Assembly (NCBI GenBank): GCA_051306005.1
Contig: JBPPMJ010000003.1
Coordinates: forward strand, 249,396-313,395
Origin: Minisyncoccota bacterium
GTDB lineage: Bacteria > Patescibacteriota > Minisyncoccia > Moranbacterales > UBA1568
Length of the DNA: 64,000 nt
Direction: 5' to 3'
The notes under the pieces are model-generated. The model saw only the letters and a list, made by a program, of their open reading frames with translations, had not been told where the DNA came from and ran no database searches. The position numbers were made by a program, and so were the translations under genes. Shown one piece after another: positions 56,860 to 64,000 of the stretch; position 1 is the first letter of the stretch, and each line of letters starts with the position of its first letter.

Positions 56860-57408
56860 ATGAATAAGACACGAAGACTTTTCGTTGGCATTCCTTTGTC
56901 CAAAGAATTGCGCAAAAGAATACAACGAACCCAGATGACTTGGCCAGCAGAGCCAGTGATTTTGACGGCGCCTGAAAATTTGCACGTGACCCTTTTCTTT
57001 TTGGGTTTTGTACATGAAGAAGATGTGGCTGATGTTTGTCAAAAAGTTGGAGAAGCCTGTGAAGATGTTGAAGCCTTTGAGCTTATTTTTAATACTATAA
57101 AATTGGTAGAGAATCCAGCAGATCCGAAGATGATTTGGTTGTCTGGAGCACCGAGCGAAATGCTCAAGAATTTGCAGGCTAAAATTGAGAAAATATTTTC
57201 TTCTTTCGTGATAGACAAGAAAAGTTACCGTCCACATGTAACACTGGCGAAAATCAAAAAATCAAAATGGCGATCTCTTGAAAATCCACCTCTCATTACT
57301 GAAACCGTCAATCTTATTGAAACTGTCGACACCGTAGCTGTTTTTGAAAGTTTGTCAATTGATGATAAACGTCGCTATGAACAGATAGACACATTTTCGC
57401 TTTTGTAA
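56860..57408 (+). CDS. thpR: RNA 2',3'-cyclic phosphodiesterase (2H phosphoesterase, ThpR/LigT family)
   Basis: It has two H-x-T-x motifs (HVTLFFLG and HVTLAKI) in an approximately 180-aa protein. Confidence 0.75.
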   Translation: MNKTRRLFVGIPLSKELRKRIQRTQMTWPAEPVILTAPENLHVTLFFLGFVHEEDVADVCQKVGEACEDVEAFELIFNTIKLVENPADPKMIWLSGAPSEMLKNLQAKIEKIFSSFVIDKKSYRPHVTLAKIKKSKWRSLENPPLITETVNLIETVDTVAVFESLSIDDKRRYEQIDTFSLL

Positions 57409-57413
57409 ACCCT

Positions 57414-58121
57414 ATGGAGATGCTTGGTATTCCCATTGATTGCTTGACACGCAAAGAGATTGTGGCAAACGTTCAGCAATTTTTATCTGAACCGATATTT
57501 CATCGTGTTACCACTATTAACCCTGAATTCCTTTTGGAAGCGGAAAAAAATATTGATTTTCGAACCGCTTTGTTGACGGCTGATATGCGTGTTGTAGATG
57601 GATTTGGTATCGTTTTTGTCGGATGGTTGTTGCGGTGGCAACACAGGAGACGTTTTACCGGTGTCGATCTTATGGAAGTAATTCTTCGTACCGCACAGGA
57701 AAAACAACTTTCTCTTTTTCTTGCTATCAACAAAGACGGACTGAGTTCTTACAGAGAAATACGCTCCGTTTTATTGAAACAATATCCAAATATAAATATA
57801 CATGGCAAGGACATTGATCCAACAATGTGGAAAACACATTTGATCATTGATGATTCCATAGTCTTATGCAATTTCGGGGCACCGACGCAGGAAATTTTTC
57901 TTGATAATCTGAAAAATCAACATACTATCAGGCTTGCGATAGGTGTTGGTGGTGCGTTGGACTATCTGACCGGCAAACAAAAACGTGCGCCAAATATGTT
58001 GAGAATTGTCGGTTTGGAATGGTGTTGGCGTCTTATCCAACAGCCTAAACGCTGGAAGCGTATATGGTGTGCCGTGATTGTGTTTCCTTTTCGCGTTATC
58101 TCCACTACAATACATATATAA
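57414..58121 (+). CDS. WecB/TagA/CpsF (GT26) family glycosyltransferase
   Basis: It has MLGIPIDCLTRKE…TTINPEFLLEA…TADMRVVDGFGIV and the C-terminal GVGGALDYLTGKQKRAPNMLRIVGLEWCWRLIQQPKRWKR. Confidence 0.75.
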   Translation: MEMLGIPIDCLTRKEIVANVQQFLSEPIFHRVTTINPEFLLEAEKNIDFRTALLTADMRVVDGFGIVFVGWLLRWQHRRRFTGVDLMEVILRTAQEKQLSLFLAINKDGLSSYREIRSVLLKQYPNINIHGKDIDPTMWKTHLIIDDSIVLCNFGAPTQEIFLDNLKNQHTIRLAIGVGGALDYLTGKQKRAPNMLRIVGLEWCWRLIQQPKRWKRIWCAVIVFPFRVISTTIHI

Positions 58122-58144
58122 TAAGGATTGTTCAGAAAATAATT

Positions 58145-59671
58145 ATGTCTCATGCAACTTTTCCGATACGCGCACGTTTCGCCCCATCACCGACTGGTCT
58201 TTTACATGTTGGTGGTTTGCGGACTGCGTTGTATAATTATCTTTTTGTCAAGAAAAATGACGGTGATTTTTTATTACGTATTGAAGACACGGATCAACAA
58301 CGCTTCGTACAGGGAGCCATTGAGGCACTTATTACCAGCCTTGATACGGCAGGAATAACGGCGAATGAGGGTGTTTATCTGGAACATGGAGTGGTCGGCC
58401 AAAGAGGCACATCCGGACCGTATATTCAATCAAAACGGTTGGATATCTATAAAAAACATGTAGATATGTTGATAGAAAATCGAAACGCGTATTACTGTTT
58501 TTGTAGTCACAAGCGCCTCATCAAATTACGTGAAGATCAAGCGAACAATAAACAGGCACCAAAATATGACAAACACTGTCTCTCTTTGAAAAAAGACGAG
58601 TGTATGAAAAAAATAAATGATGGTGAAGCATATGTAATCCGTCTGAATGTCCTTGCCGAGAGAGGGGATGTGATATTTGAAGATATCATTCGTGGACTGG
58701 TCACTATCAATGTACGAGATATTGACGATCAGGTGTTGTTGAAGTCTGATGGTTTTCCCACGTATCATCTGGCCAATGTCGTGGACGATCATTTGATGCA
58801 TATCACACATGTAATTCGTGCCGAAGAATGGTTACCAAGTACTCCAAAACATATTTTGTTGTATGAAGCTTTTGGGTGGGAGATACCTGTGTACGCGCAC
58901 TTGCCACTTCTCCTCAATGCTGATAAGAGTAAACTTTCCAAACGACAAGGAGATGTCGCGGTAGAAGAGTATCTCGCCAAGGGTTATTTGCAAGAAGCGC
59001 TCGTTAATTTTGTTGCCTTGCTTGGATGGAATCCTGGTGCGGGTAGTACCCAGGAAATTTTTACGATGGATGAATTAGTAGAAAAATTTGATCTCACACA
59101 GGTGCACAAAGCCGGAGCGATATTTGACCTGAAAAAATTAGATTGGATGAATGCGGAGTATATCAAGCGAATGACTATCAATGAACTTTACGAACGCGCG
59201 TGCGTATTCCTCGAAGCCAAAGATTTTTTTCTTGCTTGGCAAAAACGTCACTCGATGCTTGGCGAAGAAGCACAAACGGCATTTATGAAAAGAGTGCTCA
59301 CAGTCGAGCAGGATCGTTTGGCCAAACTTTCGGATGTGGGAGAGAATAATCCGTTTTTCTTTTCCGATGATATCACATATAATGTAGCACTGCTTCACTG
59401 GAAACAAAATACGACAGATATGACGAAAGAGGCGCTTGCGAAAGCCGAATCTACACTTGCGAATGTGAACGATACTGATTGGGAAACAAGAAGAACATTA
59501 GAAACTATTTTGATGGCAACGGCAGGGGAACGAAGAGGGGATTTCCTCTGGCCACTGCGTGTCGCGCTCACTGGAGCGGAGCGTTCGCCGTCACCATTTG
59601 ATGTCGCCTGGGTCTTGGGGAAGAGCGAAAGCTTGAAACGTATTCGAAGCGCCATTGCGTTCCTTACATAA
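58145..59671 (+). CDS. gltX: Glutamyl-tRNA synthetase
   Basis: It is a class I aaRS: RFAPSPTGLLHVGGLRTAL (HIGH) and KLSKRQG (KMSKS). The DALR-type anticodon-binding C-terminal domain is present. The ATG is at 58145; the track ORF starts upstream, at 58064. Confidence 0.9.
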   Translation: MSHATFPIRARFAPSPTGLLHVGGLRTALYNYLFVKKNDGDFLLRIEDTDQQRFVQGAIEALITSLDTAGITANEGVYLEHGVVGQRGTSGPYIQSKRLDIYKKHVDMLIENRNAYYCFCSHKRLIKLREDQANNKQAPKYDKHCLSLKKDECMKKINDGEAYVIRLNVLAERGDVIFEDIIRGLVTINVRDIDDQVLLKSDGFPTYHLANVVDDHLMHITHVIRAEEWLPSTPKHILLYEAFGWEIPVYAHLPLLLNADKSKLSKRQGDVAVEEYLAKGYLQEALVNFVALLGWNPGAGSTQEIFTMDELVEKFDLTQVHKAGAIFDLKKLDWMNAEYIKRMTINELYERACVFLEAKDFFLAWQKRHSMLGEEAQTAFMKRVLTVEQDRLAKLSDVGENNPFFFSDDITYNVALLHWKQNTTDMTKEALAKAESTLANVNDTDWETRRTLETILMATAGERRGDFLWPLRVALTGAERSPSPFDVAWVLGKSESLKRIRSAIAFLT

Positions 59672-59805
59672 CAGGTATTGACCCGATGTTACCCGGCACT
59701 GTGTTTGGAAAAGAAAGAAATTTGCTTTTCACTCACTTCTCTGTCTGCCGACAAGCAGGTTTGGGTAATAAAGCACTTTTCGGTTGTGGTATACTGAAAG
59801 GTACT

Positions 59806-61080
59806 ATGCACCAACAATACAAAAATTATCGTGCCGGTTTGCTCGTAACTCTCATCCTGTTGAATGGCGTTTTTTTTGCGGATTGGAGAACAAGTAGAAG
59901 AGTACAGGCCGCGCAAACAACCAAGGAGCAAGAAAAAGCTTTGGATCAAAAAGAAGATGAGCTGGATGCTATCAAGGCGAAAATCAAAGCCTACAACCAG
60001 ATCATCAGCCTCAAAGAGCGCCAAGGATCGACACTTGCTGACCAGATCAATGCTCTCGAAGCGCAGGCCGGCAAACTAGAACTCGAGATCAATCTCAATA
60101 AGAAAAAATTAGATACGCTGGAGAATGATGTTGCCAGTCTCAATCGGCGTATAGTCGAAAAAGAATCACTGATCAACAGCCAAAAACAACTGCTTTCGGA
60201 ACTGATGCGCACATACTACGATGGTTATTCTGGCAGTGTTTCCACACTTATTTTTTCGACGGATGAGACGCTTTCTTATCTGAACAATGAAGGGTGGACA
60301 AAGGAAGTGAACAGCAAGATCAGCGATATGCTGGATTCGGTCAAAACACTACGCGAAAGCCTGGTAGGAGAACGTGCTATCATTGAAGAAAAGAAGACCG
60401 AAACTGCCACGCTACATATGCAGTTGACCGAACGCAATGATTTCCTCGAAAGCGCGAAAGAAAATAAGGCCTATCTCCTCAATAAGACACAGGCTGAAGA
60501 AAAAAAATATGCAACTCTGGTAGATGACCTCGAGGAGCAACGTCGCGATATACAAAATGAAATTGAAAATATTGAAGCTGGTAAAGTGAGCTATTTGGTA
60601 GATCTTCCTAAAGGTAATGGACAGTTAGAATATCCTATCAAGACCCCTATAAAAAAATGTCCGTCAAAACCATGTATCACTCAAGGGTATGGAAAAACTA
60701 GCTATTCTGGCCATTATGCTTCCGGTATGCACAATGGTATCGATTTTGCTGATATTTCAGGATCGTCCATTTATGCTGCCGCAGACGGAAAAGTAATTGG
60801 AAAAGGCGATCTAAAAAATCTTGCCTATGGTCGTTGGCTCGCGATTGATCATGGAAATGGTTTGATAACACTCTATGCACATCTTAGCTCATTTACCGTA
60901 AATAAGGGTGATAAAGTCAATAAAGGGGAGACTATTGGCAAGATGGGAAGTACTGGAAATTCAACAGGATCTCATCTCCATTTCACTGTCTATGCTGCCA
61001 AATCTTATGAGGTAGTTCTTTACAAAGGTAAGTCTCTTCCAACTGGAGCCCCGACTAATCCCAGCAAATATCTTCGTTAA
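59806..61080 (+). CDS. M23-family peptidase with N-terminal coiled coil (EnvC/NlpD-like)
   Basis: A TM anchor and a long coiled coil are followed by the LytM domain: GMHNGIDFADISGSSIYAAADGKV…HGNGLITLYAHLSS…GSTGNSTGSHLHFTVY. The likely start is ATG 59806 (MHQQYKNYRAGLLV…). Confidence 0.8.
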   Translation: MHQQYKNYRAGLLVTLILLNGVFFADWRTSRRVQAAQTTKEQEKALDQKEDELDAIKAKIKAYNQIISLKERQGSTLADQINALEAQAGKLELEINLNKKKLDTLENDVASLNRRIVEKESLINSQKQLLSELMRTYYDGYSGSVSTLIFSTDETLSYLNNEGWTKEVNSKISDMLDSVKTLRESLVGERAIIEEKKTETATLHMQLTERNDFLESAKENKAYLLNKTQAEEKKYATLVDDLEEQRRDIQNEIENIEAGKVSYLVDLPKGNGQLEYPIKTPIKKCPSKPCITQGYGKTSYSGHYASGMHNGIDFADISGSSIYAAADGKVIGKGDLKNLAYGRWLAIDHGNGLITLYAHLSSFTVNKGDKVNKGETIGKMGSTGNSTGSHLHFTVYAAKSYEVVLYKGKSLPTGAPTNPSKYLR

Positions 61081-61089
61081 TCTGCTTGT

Positions 61090-61848
61090 ATGAAAAAAAC
61101 AGAGTATCCTCTTCGTGTACGCTTTGCCAAAGATATTGTGGCAGAAGTAATTTTGCCTGATAAGCAGACTGGAAAAGTCGCTATTTTTGCTAGTGGTTTT
61201 CCTTCATCGCCAAACAAAAAAAGTCTTTTGCAATTTTTGGCTCGACAGGGATACGTCGCCATCTTTCCACGCTATCGTGGTACATGGGAAAGCGATGGTT
61301 TTTTTCTTGAACGTTCACCCGCGCAAGACATACGCGATGTCATTGATGATCTTACCAAAAATAAGGGCTTTATAAACATCGCCACGGGAGAATTCCAGAA
61401 AATAAAAGTATCTGCTATCCATCTCTTTGGCGCGTCATTCGGGGGATCGGCCGTGATACTGAATAGTCATCTGCCAATAGTAAAAAAGGTCATAGCTCTC
61501 GCACCTGTATTAGATTGGAGTATTGAAGGGGAGTCCGAACCATTCGTACCACATATTCGTTTTGTAAAAGAGGGATTTGGTGGTGCATATCGTGTGCGTC
61601 ACCCGCAAGATTGGCACAAACTCATTCAAAGAGATTTCTATAACCCTATTGCCAATACACATACCATTGTTGGAAAAAAAATTTTTCTTTTACATTGTCT
61701 GGATGATACTATCGTCCCATACGAACCGATTATCAGTTTTGCCCAAAAAACAAGAGCGACGTATTTTTTGAAACCAAAGGGTGGGCATAGTATCAATATT
61801 ACACACCTCTTTTTTTGGAAAAAGATTTCTGTATTTCTGGGTACCTAA
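61090..61848 (+). CDS. Alpha/beta-hydrolase fold protein (esterase/peptidase-like)
   Basis: The nucleophile elbow is HLFGASFGGS, a GxSxG motif. It has C-terminal HCLDDT and GGHS segments, consistent with an Asp/His triad. Confidence 0.6.
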   Translation: MKKTEYPLRVRFAKDIVAEVILPDKQTGKVAIFASGFPSSPNKKSLLQFLARQGYVAIFPRYRGTWESDGFFLERSPAQDIRDVIDDLTKNKGFINIATGEFQKIKVSAIHLFGASFGGSAVILNSHLPIVKKVIALAPVLDWSIEGESEPFVPHIRFVKEGFGGAYRVRHPQDWHKLIQRDFYNPIANTHTIVGKKIFLLHCLDDTIVPYEPIISFAQKTRATYFLKPKGGHSINITHLFFWKKISVFLGT

Positions 61849-61914
61849 TACATACAATAAAGACAGCCATAGATCAGACACGCGTTTGGCTTTCTGTGAA
61901 GTACTTATCAAATA

Positions 61915-61944
61915 CATGTCGCATAAGTTATATTATGCGACATG
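61915..61944 (+). terminator. Perfect 12-bp inverted repeat hairpin (catgtcgcataa-6 nt-ttatgcgacatg) between convergent genes
   Basis: This is directly readable at 61915-61944 and is followed by an A/T-rich stretch. Confidence 0.5.
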
Positions 61945-61986
61945 TTATGTATTGAATTGAAATACAAAAAAAGATATTTTTCAATA

Positions 61987-62028
61987 AAAAACCGGAAATG
62001 ATGTACAAAGTACTTCTTTTCCGGTTTT
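61987..62028 (-). terminator. Rho-independent terminator for the GGDEF gene
   Basis: The stem is aaaaccggaaa / tttccggtttt. On the minus strand the hairpin is followed by a U-tract (complement of aaaaa at 61986-61990). Confidence 0.55.
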
Positions 62029-62041
62029 GTGGCAGACATTG

Positions 62042-62797
62042 TTACTGCATACGGCGACTAGTGATTTTATTCTTCCCGTTTTGTTTTGATTCGCGGGCAA
62101 GATCATCTGCGAAACTGAGCGCAATCGATAATTCTTCTTGCGAAAGACTCCGATAACCTTTTTGCCATGGACCATGTAATGGCACCATTTTAGTTAATCC
62201 GATACTCACAGTCACTTCTGGCAATTTTTGTTGCTGATTGATACAAAGAGCGTTTCCTATCATAGAAACTATTTTTTCACAAAAAATATCAAGCATATTT
62301 TGTGCCGCTCCTAGACTGGTATATGGCAATACCACATTGAACTCATCCCCACCTACACGGGCGATGATATCGTTGTTTCTTTTAAATGTATCTTTCAGTG
62401 CCTTAGCTACCGTCTGAATAGCTACATCACCAACCCCATGGCCGTATCGATCATTGATTATTTTTAGACAATCAATGTCAATAAATGCCACACATATTGG
62501 CGGAGAAACATGCATAGTCGTCAAGGACCTTGTTATGCTATGCGCGACCAAATTCCATGTATATTCCAATCCCCTCCGATTCAAAACTTCAGTCAATAGA
62601 TCAGTCATGGATTCTTCCTGAGCTTTCTTCAGGTGAGATTCTAACACATCAATGTACATCAGTGCACCATCCAATTCCTCCCCTGTTTCTTTCAGAATTT
62701 TCAAAACCTGTTCATAGGACTGACGTAGGTCTTCAAGAGTGATACCTGGATCCAAAACACCATCAAAATCAAGTAAATCATTAAATGATCGTGACAT
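62042..62797 (-). CDS. GGDEF-domain diguanylate cyclase (short N-terminal coiled coil, intact I-site)
   Basis: It has RNNDIIARVGGDEFNVVL, with the RxxD I-site five residues before GGDEF. It also has ICVAFIDIDCLKIINDRYGHGVGD. Confidence 0.8.
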   Translation of the reverse strand: MSRSFNDLLDFDGVLDPGITLEDLRQSYEQVLKILKETGEELDGALMYIDVLESHLKKAQEESMTDLLTEVLNRRGLEYTWNLVAHSITRSLTTMHVSPPICVAFIDIDCLKIINDRYGHGVGDVAIQTVAKALKDTFKRNNDIIARVGGDEFNVVLPYTSLGAAQNMLDIFCEKIVSMIGNALCINQQQKLPEVTVSIGLTKMVPLHGPWQKGYRSLSQEELSIALSFADDLARESKQNGKNKITSRRMQ

Positions 62798-63059
62798 GTG
62801 AATTCTCCTTTGCCTTTGGTTGAATGTTGTTAATGAACAAAGTGCTTTGATATGATAACATAAAAATATTTATTTGTCAATATTTGTAAGCATTATTGTA
62901 GTAGAATTCATATTATTTAAGCTTAAAAAATGACTTTTTAGCTCAAATCTTTGGAAGAAGGTATAAACAATTTTACTACAAATATTAACAATAAATGATC
63001 CTGGTGTTACAATAAGAAGTGACCAACTCTCCACAATATTTTTTTAAGGTTTGGGTGTT

Positions 63060-64000
63060 ATGCGTATTTCCTTTTCTGCCTTTGATACTTATCAAACCTG
63101 TCCTTTGAAATATAAGTTTCGACAGATAGACAAGATAAAAGAACCAAAATCTAAAGAAGCTGTTTTTGGAACATTGTTACATGCGGTTCTTCACTATATT
63201 CATACTCCCGCTATTTTGTCCCCTTCTGTTGAACAGGCCTTGGATTATTTTGCCAAAGGCTGGAACAGTGAAGTCTATGAAAACGAGATGGAAGAACGGG
63301 CAGCCTTTACTCAGGGCGTAACTATCATCCAGAACTATCTCGCACGCAACAAACCAGCAGACTACAACATCGTGGCCCTTGAAAGTCGTTTTGCGATAGA
63401 AATCGGTAATGACATTTCTGGTAAACACATTGTTTCTGGTATCATTGACCGCATCGACAAAACGGCAGATGGTTATGAGATCATAGACTACAAGACAACA
63501 CGCAAAATGCCTTCTCAGGACAAAGTAGACAATGATATTCAACTCTCCATTTATCTCAAGGCATTCTTGGAACGATACCCGAAAGAAATGGCACATATAG
63601 ACAAAATAACCGTCAGTCTCTATTATCTCAAACACGGTGTCAAACTTTCTTCCACACGCACTATGGAACAATTGGCGAATCTTGAAAAGACGTTTTTGGA
63701 TGTTATCAAAGTGATTGAAGAAGAGCATTTTGAACCGATTCTCTCCCCTCTCTGTGATTGGTGCGGGTATCAGAAAATATGTCCTTTGTGGAAACATAAA
63801 TTTACGGATACGCACATATTGGAAACGGATGATGTTAAACAGACCATTGAAGAGTATATTGATCTCAAAAATAATCTGGGAAAAGAAAAATTACGACTTG
63901 CCAAGCTTCAAGAGATTATTTTGCAATATATGGATCAAGAAGGTGTAGATCGTGTTTTCGATGACAACGGCATCATAGCCAAATCATTGCGTAAAACTTA
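63060..64000 (+). CDS. PD-(D/E)xK nuclease with Cas4/AddB-type Fe-S cysteine arrangement (partial; runs off the window end)
   Basis: The ATG at 63060 has an open frame to 64000. It has one N-terminal Cys (YQTCPLKYKF) and a C-terminal C-x2-C-x5-C (CDWCGYQKIC). The nuclease core is GIIDRIDKTADGYEIIDYKT, a D…E-x-K motif. The opposite-strand ORF 63177..63815 is a shadow. Confidence 0.65.
   Translation, partial: MRISFSAFDTYQTCPLKYKFRQIDKIKEPKSKEAVFGTLLHAVLHYIHTPAILSPSVEQALDYFAKGWNSEVYENEMEERAAFTQGVTIIQNYLARNKPADYNIVALESRFAIEIGNDISGKHIVSGIIDRIDKTADGYEIIDYKTTRKMPSQDKVDNDIQLSIYLKAFLERYPKEMAHIDKITVSLYYLKHGVKLSSTRTMEQLANLEKTFLDVIKVIEEEHFEPILSPLCDWCGYQKICPLWKHKFTDTHILETDDVKQTIEEYIDLKNNLGKEKLRLAKLQEIILQYMDQEGVDRVFDDNGIIAKSLRKT

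Noticed and set aside
1-64000. Search for CRISPR arrays, tRNA/rRNA genes, transposases and integrases.
   Set aside because: I saw no regularly spaced direct repeats. No intergenic gap is long enough and GC-stemmed enough for a tRNA; the largest gaps, about 200-260 nt, are AT-rich promoter regions. No DDE or tyrosine-recombinase motifs were recognised. The Cas4-like nuclease at the window end has no array or cas partners in view.

Overview
This 64-kb window is densely packed, mostly coding, at about 43-46% GC. A cell-surface glycan biosynthesis supercluster runs from about position 138 to 50,655, plus a GT26 gene at 57,414. It holds at least 13 cytoplasmic glycosyltransferases (GT4, GT2, GT26 and other GT-B-like types) and two nucleotide-sugar dehydrogenases. 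It also holds a Wzz-like co-polymerase, a Wzx-like flippase, a Wzy/WaaL-like ligase, an LCP-family protein, and a Wzt-like ABC ATPase with a C-terminal extension followed by two SAM methyltransferases. A further module has three polyprenyl-phosphate-type GT2 enzymes and a UPF0104 flippase-like protein, next to an expanded set of six to seven polytopic ArnT/PMT-like (GT-C) transferases. Five of these lie in one tandem block at 18.6-28.2 kb.

Three things are embedded in the cluster that do not obviously belong there. The first is an RtcB-family ligase gene immediately upstream of, and nearly abutting, an atypical thymidylate-kinase-fold P-loop kinase. The second is a secreted beta-helix protein fused to a degenerate CapA-like domain. 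The third is a low-GC (~30%) cassette at about 7.95-12.74 kb whose left boundary falls inside the wzt gene and whose right edge carries a frameshifted gene remnant. A cation-transporting P-type ATPase also lies within the cluster and is probably unrelated to it.

The 3' third holds housekeeping genes. These are ctpA, groES with a CIRCE-like operator upstream but no groEL, and the priA-def-fmt operon with a cysteine-free tandem rhodanese. They also include thpR, gltX, an M23 peptidase, an alpha/beta hydrolase, a GGDEF cyclase and a partial Cas4/AddB-type Fe-S nuclease. I found no rRNA, tRNA, CRISPR array or transposase.

All family assignments come from motifs I read in the translated ORFs; I could not run any database search. 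The ORF track accepts TTG and GTG starts, so several N-termini are probably over-extended.
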